DNA from: an uncultured virus (IMG/VR IMGVR_UViG_3300020197_000011)
Taxonomy: Duplodnaviria > Heunggongvirae > Uroviricota > Caudoviricetes
DNA length: 64,000 nt
Reading direction: 5' to 3' (one strand)
IMG/VR virus record: IMGVR_UViG_3300020197_000011
Both the position numbers and the translations under genes were made by a program. This document shows, piece after piece, positions 27,496-36,689 of this stretch. The notes under the pieces are model-generated. The model was not told the origin of the DNA and made no database searches. It saw nothing but the letters and a program-made list of their open reading frames with translations. How positions within the stretch are numbered: position 1 is the stretch's first letter; every line of letters starts with the position of its first letter.

Positions 27496-28039
27496 AAGTA
27501 AATGTTTTATTTTTAACTTTAGTATCAAATTCACCAGTTCTACCTGGTTTCATTTTTCCAACTTTGACATTTTTACCTTTACCAGGCCAAGATGTCTTAG
27601 AAGTTCCTTTAAGAGTTGCACCACTCTTTGGTTTACGTTGAATCAATACCGAATCTTGATCATCTTTTGATGAACCTTTAACATTACGCTTATGCTTTAG
27701 TCCACCTTCAGTTCCAAGTTTCTGAATTGTTTTTTTAAATCTTTTCTTACCCATTTTACCAGAAGAAACTACATGTGATTTCTCACCAACTTTCTTCTCT
27801 TGTGGGGTTCCTGGATTTTCGGTGTAACGTCCAGAGACTTTTGTAGGCCCTGGAAGGCCTGCTCCTCTGATTCTTCTTTCTGTTCTAGCAGATCTTGCTT
27901 TATTTTCTTTTTTAGATTTATCTCCTCTTTGTCCAGAAAGAATTGCTGTTCCACCCTTTTCAGTCTTTCTCATTACACGAGTAAGAGAAGTCTCTTGAAT
28001 AGAATAACATTCTAACATAAATTCTTGAAAAGTCTTCAT
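27485..28039 (-). CDS. basic protein with a T4 internal-protein-type capsid-targeting leader
   Basis: N-terminus MKTFQEFMLE compared with T4 IPIII MKTYQEFIAE; highly basic body. Confidence 0.7.
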   Translation of the reverse strand: MKTFQEFMLECYSIQETSLTRVMRKTEKGGTAILSGQRGDKSKKENKARSARTERRIRGAGLPGPTKVSGRYTENPGTPQEKKVGEKSHVVSSGKMGKKRFKKTIQKLGTEGGLKHKRNVKGSSKDDQDSVLIQRKPKSGATLKGTSKTSWPGKGKNVKVGKMKPGRTGEFDTKVKNKTFTYEN

Positions 28040-28052
28040 GATACTTGTTCAA
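28025..28052. repeat. direct repeat (26/28 identical to 28582-28609) covering the gene start
   Basis: ttg(a/g)aaagtcttcatgatactt(g/a)ttcaa. Confidence 0.85.
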
Positions 28053-28121
28053 TATTTTCACAAATTATAAATTCTTTTCTTTTTGGTAAGGACATTTTCA
28101 ATCATTTAAGAGCTAAAATAT

Positions 28122-28535
28122 TTAGAATATAAGTTTGTCCGAATTCTCATAAGGATTTGGAAAATCATAATTCAAATCTGGATGTAAATGTTTGAATTTT
28201 AATTTATAAACTAAATCATCCCATAATTGTTTTTTTGTACAAGGAGTTTTAAACAGTAAAAGATATATTACTTTATATTTGTTAAGTGAATCTACAAGAA
28301 ATAGAAAAAATTTAGCAAATTTAACTAAATCAGTTTCATTTCTATCAAAAATTTCTATTCTTTTTGTTATAGTGGGATTTAAAATATTTTCTTCTTCATT
28401 TAGATCAACAAGTATTAACTCTACTAAAATTAGAACATTATCTTCTTGTTCTAAGGTTTTATAATTAAAATAATAATTGTAATAATGTTTTCTAGTTTTT
28501 AATGAAAATTTATAATTGGTTCTTTCTGTTCTCAT
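28122..28535 (-). CDS. very AT-rich hypothetical protein (insert)
   Basis: 137 aa, AAGGT SD, flanked by repeats. Confidence 0.55.
   Translation of the reverse strand: MRTERTNYKFSLKTRKHYYNYYFNYKTLEQEDNVLILVELILVDLNEEENILNPTITKRIEIFDRNETDLVKFAKFFLFLVDSLNKYKVIYLLLFKTPCTKKQLWDDLVYKLKFKHLHPDLNYDFPNPYENSDKLIF
28141..28163. repeat. 23-bp perfect direct repeat (with 28566-28588)
   Basis: gaattctcataaggatttggaaa. Confidence 0.9.
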
Positions 28536-28601
28536 AAATATTAACCTTAAAATATTAGTTCATTAGAATTCTCATAAGGATTTGGAAAGTCTTCATGATA
28601 C

Positions 28602-29630
28602 TTATTCAAATTCTCTTTTACGAGCTTCATCAACAAGTTTTACAAAGTCTTCTATATTATAGACAGAACCATTGTGTTTGACTGTTGTAACCCTCTGAGA
28701 TTTCTCTGTGTCGAACAGTTTGTTGACATAGAAGATTAATCTAGCCATTGTTCGTTTGTTTCCAGCTTGGATGTTTGTTGGTCTCTTGTGTAGAGTAATT
28801 TCCTGATCCATGAAAACTACTTGGCCATCTTTCCAGTTTTGTGTGTACACATATTTGTCCTGAAAGATTATTTTTTTAATTTCATTCAAGATCTTATCAC
28901 TTTCTTCTCGGGAGAGTCCAACAAATCCATCAAAAGTAAAACTCGGAATCTTCATTCCAGATAGGCCAGATGCAGTCTCAGTGTAAAGGGAAGTCTCCAT
29001 TCCGTCAAGAGGAACCATGTTGTAACGGAGCAAAGATGCCTGAATATCGTTAAGAGCAGGAGCCATTTCATTGTCAATCCACCTATGTTTTACCACAAGT
29101 TCTTTGATCATACTCTTCATGTCTGAACTCAAAGATTCATAGGCATCATGAGTACATAGAAACTGTGTTTGACTGTTCTCGGAATCACTCACACTTTTAA
29201 GGCCAATGACTCTTTGTGCATCCTCAAATGCACACTGATCACTGTGCCAATTTAGTTCTCCATTCTGGAACATTCCAGTAGGACGACCTTTATCTCCTTG
29301 TATGTAACTTACTACCGAAGTTGCCTTGTACATATCATCTTTCGCATATGCTTTTGTGACGTACATGAGGTGAACATATAGTTCCCTCCAATGTCTACCA
29401 GTGACTTTTTTTTCAGTCACTTTTTCATGCATCAAAGCCATACTAGGATCACCCCAAGAGCTCATACAATCATAGAGAGTTTTTGTTGGGATATTTTCGT
29501 CAAGAAAAACAATACACTGGGATGCACACAATCTACCCAATTCTAACAATTCTTCCTTGCAATTCCAATCAATGTCATAAACTTCAACACCAACTGAGGA
29601 GTCATAATTCTGTAATGATCTTGTCTTCAT
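28602..29630 (-). CDS. TauD/TfdA-family dioxygenase
   Basis: WHSD...TQF...AY..L...W.DG.VVFMD...LHKR. Confidence 0.88.
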   Translation of the reverse strand: MKTRSLQNYDSSVGVEVYDIDWNCKEELLELGRLCASQCIVFLDENIPTKTLYDCMSSWGDPSMALMHEKVTEKKVTGRHWRELYVHLMYVTKAYAKDDMYKATSVVSYIQGDKGRPTGMFQNGELNWHSDQCAFEDAQRVIGLKSVSDSENSQTQFLCTHDAYESLSSDMKSMIKELVVKHRWIDNEMAPALNDIQASLLRYNMVPLDGMETSLYTETASGLSGMKIPSFTFDGFVGLSREESDKILNEIKKIIFQDKYVYTQNWKDGQVVFMDQEITLHKRPTNIQAGNKRTMARLIFYVNKLFDTEKSQRVTTVKHNGSVYNIEDFVKLVDEARKREFE

Positions 29631-29640
29631 CTGCCTGAAC

Positions 29641-29703
29641 CTAACTCAAATCAATGATAGCTATTGGTGTTGAAAATAAATTTTGTATTTGAAGATTTTT
29701 CAT
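29641..29703 (-). pseudogene. 20-aa orphan 5' gene remnant/relay ORF between the TauD genes
   Basis: MKNLQIQNLFSTPIAIIDLS*; starts 1 nt after the upstream TAA; its stop overlaps the AGGT SD of the next gene. Confidence 0.55.
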
Positions 29704-29704
29704 G

Positions 29705-30772
29705 TTAAGATATTGCATAGTTGAAAATTTCTAGATCCAGATCTCGTTGTTTTTGGAATTCTTCTTGAAGAAATGGATTATACTTATCTTCAAGGAGTTT
29801 ATTGTAATCGAATTGAATTCGATATCCTAACCTATCTGGTGCGGATCCATTTTCAATAGATCGGTTATGTTGTGTGATACTATTATCAAATATTAAAAGA
29901 TCTGTATCACTTTGATATTTATGTTCATAAATGTACTCTTCCGTGAAGATTTCACTACTAATTTTAGTTAGTAACTTATCACTTTCCGACTTACTCATCC
30001 CTTTAATATGATCAATAGATATCACGGAATAGTGTAATCCTTTTATTCCACCTGGACTTTTAATGATTAGAGGGAATTCTGCATTGGCAGTTGAACACTG
30101 ATTTTGACGATAATACGATCTTTGTGTTTCATCATAATTCATCATTTTTTCTAAAAATAATCTATTTTTATCGTCATATGGTTTATGCGTGATTCTAAAA
30201 TTATTAACCAAAACCATTTCATCCAGTTCACTTTTAAATGACTCTGATTGTTTCTCGTACCAGTCCACAGTTGTACAAAATCCGGTAGAACTTCCAATCA
30301 TATTTTCTACTCCCATCAACGAAACTCCAGGAGTAAAAGCTAAGTTTGCACATTCATTGCTGTGCCAGTACAACTCACCATCCCCAAAAATTCCAATTGA
30401 TTCTCCATTGGAATTTTTTCGTGGAGTGATTTTAATCATTCCCGGACATTTTTTATCGACTTGCCAACGTCTGTTACTTAAAAGATCATGGCGATCAACA
30501 GAATCCAACAATCTTTTAGATAATAACTCTTTTATTGGTTTATTGTATTTTTTATATAACTGGAGAGGACGAACCCAACGGCTATCGCCCCACTTCATCA
30601 TTAAATTATAATAGGTGACATGATCTACTTTATTACCTCTAATAATAGTTACCAGAGATTCCAGATGGAGTTTGCCAATTTCCATCCACTCTTCGTCACT
30701 AATGGTATTAAGATCTACATCATCAATAAAAATTCCAAATCTACCTAATCCGGGAATTTTACTTACTTTCAT
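29705..30772 (-). CDS. TauD/TfdA-family dioxygenase (HxN variant)
   Basis: WHSNE...STGF...DLLIFDN..TQHNR. Confidence 0.85.
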   Translation of the reverse strand: MKVSKIPGLGRFGIFIDDVDLNTISDEEWMEIGKLHLESLVTIIRGNKVDHVTYYNLMMKWGDSRWVRPLQLYKKYNKPIKELLSKRLLDSVDRHDLLSNRRWQVDKKCPGMIKITPRKNSNGESIGIFGDGELYWHSNECANLAFTPGVSLMGVENMIGSSTGFCTTVDWYEKQSESFKSELDEMVLVNNFRITHKPYDDKNRLFLEKMMNYDETQRSYYRQNQCSTANAEFPLIIKSPGGIKGLHYSVISIDHIKGMSKSESDKLLTKISSEIFTEEYIYEHKYQSDTDLLIFDNSITQHNRSIENGSAPDRLGYRIQFDYNKLLEDKYNPFLQEEFQKQRDLDLEIFNYAIS

Positions 30773-30812
30773 TTACACTACCTAAGTCATGGATCTGATC
30801 TTAAAATATTTA

Positions 30813-32948
30813 TCAGGCAACAAGTTCTACAAATTCACCAAGAACTTTTTTATTGAGTTTTTTACTCTTCAAGCTTTTAGCAAATGCAGATTTAATTTGT
30901 GCCTTAGAAGCATCTTCACTAACATCAAATTCAGTTTCATTTCCTAAAGCAGTTGCAGAAATACCAAAGTATTTGTGATATCCAGAACTTTTGATGGAAA
31001 AAGTTTTTTCCTTTTTCCAAGATGCAATTGTTTGCTCACATTCTTTAAGAGAATCACCATAGTAACGACGAATAAATGTTCCCGCATCACGAGATTCAAG
31101 AACACGGATACCAATAAAATTTACTGAAGGAAAACGATCTCGAAGATTGCGAAGCAACACGTCACTGAAATTATACCACTCAACATTCAAAGAATAAGTA
31201 AAACCAGTTTTACGATCACGCAAAAAAGAATTATAAGGATTGATACCAATAGATCCAATATAAGGTTCAGATTCCCAACGACGTTGAACTTCTTTATGAT
31301 GCTTCAAAGGTGATGCTTCACCATCAGTAAGAATCACACACTGAACTTTTTGAAGTTTATTGTCTTGTTGAAACTTTGGCAAAATTTCATGCAAACAAAT
31401 AAGAGATTCATTCAAAGGAGTTCCAGAAAGACTCCACCCCAAAGGAGTAGAATACCGACTATAACATCCTCTCCTAAAAGATCTTGCAATTCTAAAGATA
31501 TTGATCATTTGTTCCTCAAGAGTTCTGGTATTCACTTTACTCGTCAAAATATTCATCAAAGAAAACCATTCGGGCATCGCAACAACTCCATCACGTTTTT
31601 CATATGGTTGCTTTGGCATGATGGCATTGTGATTTTCATCATAACGAACACGAGGATAATCGTAAGTAAATGCATAAACTTCGAACGGAATATTTACTTT
31701 CCTACAAAACCACACAAGGTTAAAGAGTTGCTTCACAGTATCAAGCATAACATCTTGCATAGATCCGCTCCAATCAAGAATAAAAATCAACCCATGATTT
31801 TTACCATCGGCAAGAGTAGTAACTTTTTTGAAAAGATCTTCGTTGTACTTATAGGTATGAAGTTTAGAGCAATCCAATACGCCAGTACGAGCAGTTGATG
31901 CACGAGCATAAGAATCTGCCGCCTTACGGCACTCAAACTCCTTTACCAAATAATTAACTTCTTTTTGTGCAGAATGTTTAAAATCACGATATTCCTGATC
32001 CGATTCTTCAAATGCATTAATAGAATTATATTCAGGATCATTGTACACATTCCAAGAAATTCGACAAGATTCGTGAACATCGAAGTTTTTAACAATCAAT
32101 GAGTCAATATCAATCTTAGGAATCTCAAGGTAAGTATTTTCATACCCGTTATTATTCACAAGCTCTTTGAGTGCTTCCTCAAGAGCTTCTATAGTTTTGA
32201 CTTCGGGATTATCAGTCTCACCACCCATAGAGATAGTTTGCTTTTCTTGCTCGGCAGTACCACCATAAGAATCAGTGTCACCAGGTTGCTCCTGCTGATC
32301 ATTTTCTCCAGACTGTTGATCATCCAAATCTGAGGATGATTCATTCGAAAATCCGGACTGATAATTGCGCGAATCCAATTCAATTTTTGTTTCTTCTTCT
32401 TTTTTCTTTTTGCAATAATTGTAAAGAACCTCTGCTGCTTCAAGAACTTCGGCAAAAGTTTCAGATTTATCAATCAAACTGATAATATCTTGTTCTTCTT
32501 GGTTGAATTTAAGGCTAAGAAAGTTTCCAATTTTAAAGTAAAGATTTGCACGATCTGCAAGATTCATCTCTTGCACATTTTCATTTTCTAGTTGAAAGAA
32601 ATCTTCTTCGGCAAGTTCCTTATAACCGTTAAAGAAAGTCTTCGCAAGTCCAGCATATCGACGCTTCATCAGTTTCTCAATACGAGCATCTTCCACTACA
32701 TTGACAAACTGCAGAGGAACTTTGCATTGCTCACTCCAATCTTCATCGGGAGTATACAGTGCATGTCCGACTTCATGTCCCACAAGAAGATCATAGACAG
32801 TATTGCTTGCCTTTTCCCACATCGGCAGAGTCAGTACACGAGTGTGAACATTGAACTGAGCAGTCTCACACTTCTTATGTTCAACCACAAGATCTTCAGT
32901 GGCAAGCAGACGAGCGAGTTGTCCTTTGACTTCTTGATTAACAGTCAT
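30813..32948 (-). CDS. CobT-like protein: metallopeptidase-like N-domain plus vWA domain
   Basis: HEVGH...NVVEDARIE; MIDAS LDWSGSM, GTPL, LTDGE; likely partner of the CobS-like ATPase. Confidence 0.88.
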   Translation of the reverse strand: MTVNQEVKGQLARLLATEDLVVEHKKCETAQFNVHTRVLTLPMWEKASNTVYDLLVGHEVGHALYTPDEDWSEQCKVPLQFVNVVEDARIEKLMKRRYAGLAKTFFNGYKELAEEDFFQLENENVQEMNLADRANLYFKIGNFLSLKFNQEEQDIISLIDKSETFAEVLEAAEVLYNYCKKKKEEETKIELDSRNYQSGFSNESSSDLDDQQSGENDQQEQPGDTDSYGGTAEQEKQTISMGGETDNPEVKTIEALEEALKELVNNNGYENTYLEIPKIDIDSLIVKNFDVHESCRISWNVYNDPEYNSINAFEESDQEYRDFKHSAQKEVNYLVKEFECRKAADSYARASTARTGVLDCSKLHTYKYNEDLFKKVTTLADGKNHGLIFILDWSGSMQDVMLDTVKQLFNLVWFCRKVNIPFEVYAFTYDYPRVRYDENHNAIMPKQPYEKRDGVVAMPEWFSLMNILTSKVNTRTLEEQMINIFRIARSFRRGCYSRYSTPLGWSLSGTPLNESLICLHEILPKFQQDNKLQKVQCVILTDGEASPLKHHKEVQRRWESEPYIGSIGINPYNSFLRDRKTGFTYSLNVEWYNFSDVLLRNLRDRFPSVNFIGIRVLESRDAGTFIRRYYGDSLKECEQTIASWKKEKTFSIKSSGYHKYFGISATALGNETEFDVSEDASKAQIKSAFAKSLKSKKLNKKVLGEFVELVA

Positions 32949-32957
32949 GATGTGTTT

Positions 32958-33116
32958 TTATCTGTATCCATAATACGACGAAACCGCCCCATTGGAGCGG
33001 TTTATGTGACGCTTTTTGAACTGGGCCAATCGCGCTTTTGCTTGGCGCAGTGCTTGTGGTTTAAGTTTTCGTTTTTGTTCTTTTTTGGAATGATGCTTCC
33101 AGTTTGGAACTTGCAT
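32958..33116 (-). CDS. small basic protein (52 aa, not in ORF track)
   Basis: MQVPNWKHHSKKEQKRKLKPQALRQAKARLAQFKKRHINR...; strong AGGAG SD. Confidence 0.65.
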   Translation of the reverse strand: MQVPNWKHHSKKEQKRKLKPQALRQAKARLAQFKKRHINRSNGAVSSYYGYR

Positions 33117-33129
33117 GACTCTCCTTTCT

Positions 33130-34842
33130 TTAGGCTACCATACTCGAAAAACCTTTAATTTTTTCAAAGCGAAGGACACTTTCAAATTTGTCTTCCATAC
33201 CAGTCTTATGAGAAATCACAAAAATATTAGCATCTTTAATAACGTAACGAATAATCTTCAAAAACTCATCTGTACCAAAACCATCAAGGGAGGAATCAAA
33301 CACCTCATCCATAATCAGCAGATTGGTATTCACGGAGTTTTTATATTTGGCAACTTCCCTCCAAGTGAACAGAAGAGCCAAATCGATTCTCATTTTTTCA
33401 CCCTCACTAAAAGATGCATAAGAAAAATCTTCATGAATTGGAGATTGGACGGTTTCGTTAAACTCCTCATCTAAAGTAAAGTTAATATAGAAGTCCATCA
33501 TCTGTAGATATCGATTTACCTGTTGATTGATCAAAGGCAAATACTTTTTGATGATTTTGGTTTTTACTCCACCGTCTTTGAGCAAACTATACGAAAAATC
33601 GTAGTAATTGACTGAATCTTTTTTCTCCGCGAGTTCAGAGTATGTTGTTTTTAAGTTTTCTTTAAAGGACTCTAATTTCTCATGTTCAATATTTCGGTTT
33701 TCAAGTTGATTGGTAATAGTTTGAATTTCATTTTCAAGATCTCGGATTTGTCGCTGGTTAAGTGATATCCGAGTATTGTTTTGAGAAATTTCATTGTTTA
33801 GTTTTGAGATCTCCTTCGATAGAGCAATAAATTGACGCTCTCGTTCCTGTTCTAATTTTATAGTCTCCTCTAGATCTTGATAACCCTTTTGGAGTTCCTT
33901 TGCTTTATTTTGAGCGTCTGTAATTCTATTTAACCGAAACTCTTCCTCAATCGTCTGGGTGCAAGTAGGACAAACCGTATTTTCCGTGAAGAACTTATGC
34001 TCTTTCGTAATGACTGATACTTTCTGTGAGATTTTACCCTTAAGATTGTTAAGCTTTACTAACTTATCTTCGGCACCTACAACCTCTTCCTGCTCCTTTG
34101 TATACTTAAAAATATCCTCTTCAGTTCTAGCATTTTCAGTCATATAAACGCCAACTTCTACGTCTAACTTGGAGATCTTTTCTTTATTGGCATTAATATT
34201 GGCATTACCACGACTTTCCAATTCATCAATAAAGTTTTGTTGCATCTCAACTTTATCTTTGAAAGATTCTTTTTTAAGTTCAAGAGTCTTGATCTCTTCT
34301 CGCGTCTGACGAATCTTCTCTTTGATAATTGTATTCATAGACGAAAAGATTTTAATATCCAAAAGATCCTCAATCACCTCACGGCGATGAGCTGCAGGAA
34401 GTTGCATGAAAGGGACAAAAGTGCTAGAACCCAGGATTACAATCTGAGTAAAAGACTTATAATTCATCTTTAGAACATTTTGTTCCAACCACTTCTGCTG
34501 ATCTAATGCAGCAGAGTTTTGATCTAACAAACTCCCATTCCGATAGATCTCAAAGATATTTGGTTTAATACCTCTTATAATTTTCCACTCAGTCGATCCA
34601 ATCCGAAACTCAACTTCAACTCTACAATCTTTCTCATTTGTAGAATTTGCAAGTTGCGGTTTATTAATCTTACGAAAAGGTTTTCCAAACAAAGAGAATG
34701 TAAGCGCATCCAACACGGTGCTTTTTCCAGCACCATTTGTCCCAACAATCAGAGTTGTTGCATTTTTTGTAAACTCAATTGTAGTTGGTTGATTACCTGT
34801 GCTTAAAAAATTCTTCCAACTAATCTTCTCAAATAAAATCAT
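33130..34842 (-). CDS. gp46: recombination endonuclease ATPase subunit (Rad50/SbcC-like)
   Basis: GTNGAGKST, CPTC hook, FSEGEK, IMDEVFD, ISH. Confidence 0.97.
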   Translation of the reverse strand: MILFEKISWKNFLSTGNQPTTIEFTKNATTLIVGTNGAGKSTVLDALTFSLFGKPFRKINKPQLANSTNEKDCRVEVEFRIGSTEWKIIRGIKPNIFEIYRNGSLLDQNSAALDQQKWLEQNVLKMNYKSFTQIVILGSSTFVPFMQLPAAHRREVIEDLLDIKIFSSMNTIIKEKIRQTREEIKTLELKKESFKDKVEMQQNFIDELESRGNANINANKEKISKLDVEVGVYMTENARTEEDIFKYTKEQEEVVGAEDKLVKLNNLKGKISQKVSVITKEHKFFTENTVCPTCTQTIEEEFRLNRITDAQNKAKELQKGYQDLEETIKLEQERERQFIALSKEISKLNNEISQNNTRISLNQRQIRDLENEIQTITNQLENRNIEHEKLESFKENLKTTYSELAEKKDSVNYYDFSYSLLKDGGVKTKIIKKYLPLINQQVNRYLQMMDFYINFTLDEEFNETVQSPIHEDFSYASFSEGEKMRIDLALLFTWREVAKYKNSVNTNLLIMDEVFDSSLDGFGTDEFLKIIRYVIKDANIFVISHKTGMEDKFESVLRFEKIKGFSSMVA

Positions 34843-35098
34843 GATCTTCGGGTGGAATTACAATGTCATCTTTGGTGATAATCGTATACTGGTAGTTTTG
34901 TAGTTCACATGTTTTAATCATAAGATCGTCATCAACTTCAATTACATGCATTTCTGGAAAGTTTTGTTCTTCAAGCATTAATGCAAATCTAGTTGCATCA
35001 TCTTCTTCTTCAAAAATATAAAGAACATTATCTCCATCTTCATCAACTACGGCATATGCACCTTCCTTTTCTCTACCATTAATTGTTAAAATAAACAT
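34829..35098 (-). CDS. acidic hypothetical protein
   Basis: 89 aa between gp47 and gp46. Confidence 0.75.
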   Translation of the reverse strand: MFILTINGREKEGAYAVVDEDGDNVLYIFEEEDDATRFALMLEEQNFPEMHVIEVDDDLMIKTCELQNYQYTIITKDDIVIPPEDHDFI

Positions 35099-36138
35099 TA
35101 AACCAACTCACATGCCTCTTGATACACCTCTTGAAGTATATTTTGAACTTTGGTTTTGTCAAGTTTTACTTCTGCTTCTTCTATGTATCGACTCAGAATT
35201 GATAGAGTATCTTCAGATTCAAAAGCTTCAAAATCTTCATTCTCTTGAATTTGAAAGTTCTCCACAACCTTAAGTTCAAATACGTTGGAAGAATAAAGTT
35301 TATCAATAAATTTTTCAAACTTTTTAGGATCAGATTTTTTGCGAACAATAACTCTTACAATTTTATCTTGATATTCCCGAGTATCAAAAGTTTGATAATT
35401 AGTATCCTCATAATAGATGTTATAAAACATTCTAAAAGGATTATTGATTGGAGTATGCTCCAAAGTTTCCGTATCGAAGATATGAAAACCGCGAGCGTCG
35501 TTTACATCATTCCAATATAATTCATATGGATTACCAAGATAATAGACATTATTTTGATTAGAACGAGTGTGATAGTGTCCAGAAAATACTTTTTGAAACT
35601 TGGAGAATACCTTGGCATCCATTCCATATTCCATAACAATCTGATTGTTAACTCTAAATCCACAAAGCTCAAGATGTCCCATAGCCACTGATGCTTTTGT
35701 TTTAGCAATCATCTTGAGTGTTTGTTCTTCATTCTCTTGATTAATCCAAGGAACAAAGAGAACTTTGAGTTTATCAACAACACACTCTTTCGGTTCTGAA
35801 ATTACAGTTACATTCTCGTATTCACGAAGCAATAAATCAATTGCATTAATCTGATTAGTGTTTTTGTAGTATGCTGTATGATTACCAATTACAGTATAAA
35901 CAGAACACCCCATTTCATGGAGACGATCATAGTAATTGTTTTTTGCCCATGCAAGAGCAGAAAAATCAATTCCTTTACGACTATCAAAAGTATCTCCCAT
36001 GTCTATAACAATACGAATCCCATGCTCTTCGAGTGTTGGGAAAAATACTTCATTATAGAACTTCAGGAAATAATCATGAAAGAGTTTGGAATTCTTTCGT
36101 GCTCCGAAGTGTTGATCCGTGATGATTGAGACTTTCAT
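35098..36138 (-). CDS. gp47: recombination endonuclease nuclease subunit (Mre11/SbcD-like)
   Basis: TDQHFG, GDTFD, GNH, SGHYH. Confidence 0.96.
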   Translation of the reverse strand: MKVSIITDQHFGARKNSKLFHDYFLKFYNEVFFPTLEEHGIRIVIDMGDTFDSRKGIDFSALAWAKNNYYDRLHEMGCSVYTVIGNHTAYYKNTNQINAIDLLLREYENVTVISEPKECVVDKLKVLFVPWINQENEEQTLKMIAKTKASVAMGHLELCGFRVNNQIVMEYGMDAKVFSKFQKVFSGHYHTRSNQNNVYYLGNPYELYWNDVNDARGFHIFDTETLEHTPINNPFRMFYNIYYEDTNYQTFDTREYQDKIVRVIVRKKSDPKKFEKFIDKLYSSNVFELKVVENFQIQENEDFEAFESEDTLSILSRYIEEAEVKLDKTKVQNILQEVYQEACELV

Positions 36139-36636
36139 TCAATATCGTAGCTTTGAATGCACAGCATCTTTAATGCTATTATAATCGGAATAGTTGGATC
36201 CGTCAATAGTGTTGTTGTCATCAAACACTTGATCAAATCCGGTTCGTTCGAGAATCTTATTCTTAATTTCTAACTGCTTTTTCTCCTTTTGGATTCTACG
36301 GAGAAAGGCATAATGGATAATTTGCGTGAAATATGCAAAAGGATTTTGAGACTTTTCTGGATTGAAGTTATGAATATATTGCACACAATTTTCAATACCA
36401 TCACAAATCATATCATCCTTAAACATGTAATTGACAAAGTTAGGTTTGTACGATAAGTGTGTAGCAATCTTTAAGAAGCATTCACCCAGGTAGTTTGTAA
36501 TTCGTGGTTTTGGTTCTCCACGAATCTGAGCAAGTTCTACGTTTTCACGATAAGCAATAAGGGCCGCAAGAAACTCTTTGTTATTAACATAGTGTTCTGA
36601 TCTTTTTCTTTTGGCCATAACGGCAGTGGTAATCAT
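36139..36636 (-). CDS. gp55: late-transcription sigma factor
   Basis: HYVNNKEF, NF.NY...DMI.DGIE, NPFAYFTQI. Confidence 0.96.
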   Translation of the reverse strand: MITTAVMAKRKRSEHYVNNKEFLAALIAYRENVELAQIRGEPKPRITNYLGECFLKIATHLSYKPNFVNYMFKDDMICDGIENCVQYIHNFNPEKSQNPFAYFTQIIHYAFLRRIQKEKKQLEIKNKILERTGFDQVFDDNNTIDGSNYSDYNSIKDAVHSKLRY

Positions 36637-36660
36637 TAAGTTTTCTCATTATTATGTAGA

Positions 36661-36689
36661 ATTATACCACTTTTTAAAATACTTGACAA
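36661..36689 (-). promoter_or_regulatory. sigma70-like promoter for gp55-47-46
   Basis: TTGTCA-17 nt-TATAAT with TGn extension. Confidence 0.75.

Noticed and set aside
20632..28609. Direct repeats as a CRISPR array or IS ends
   Set aside because: Only two copies each, gene-sized spacing, repeats are coding sequence, and no cas gene, transposase or terminal inverted repeats are present
26112..32948. Cobalamin biosynthesis by CobS/CobT
   Set aside because: No CobN or other cob genes here; a MoxR-type AAA+ and vWA chaperone pair is the more economical reading
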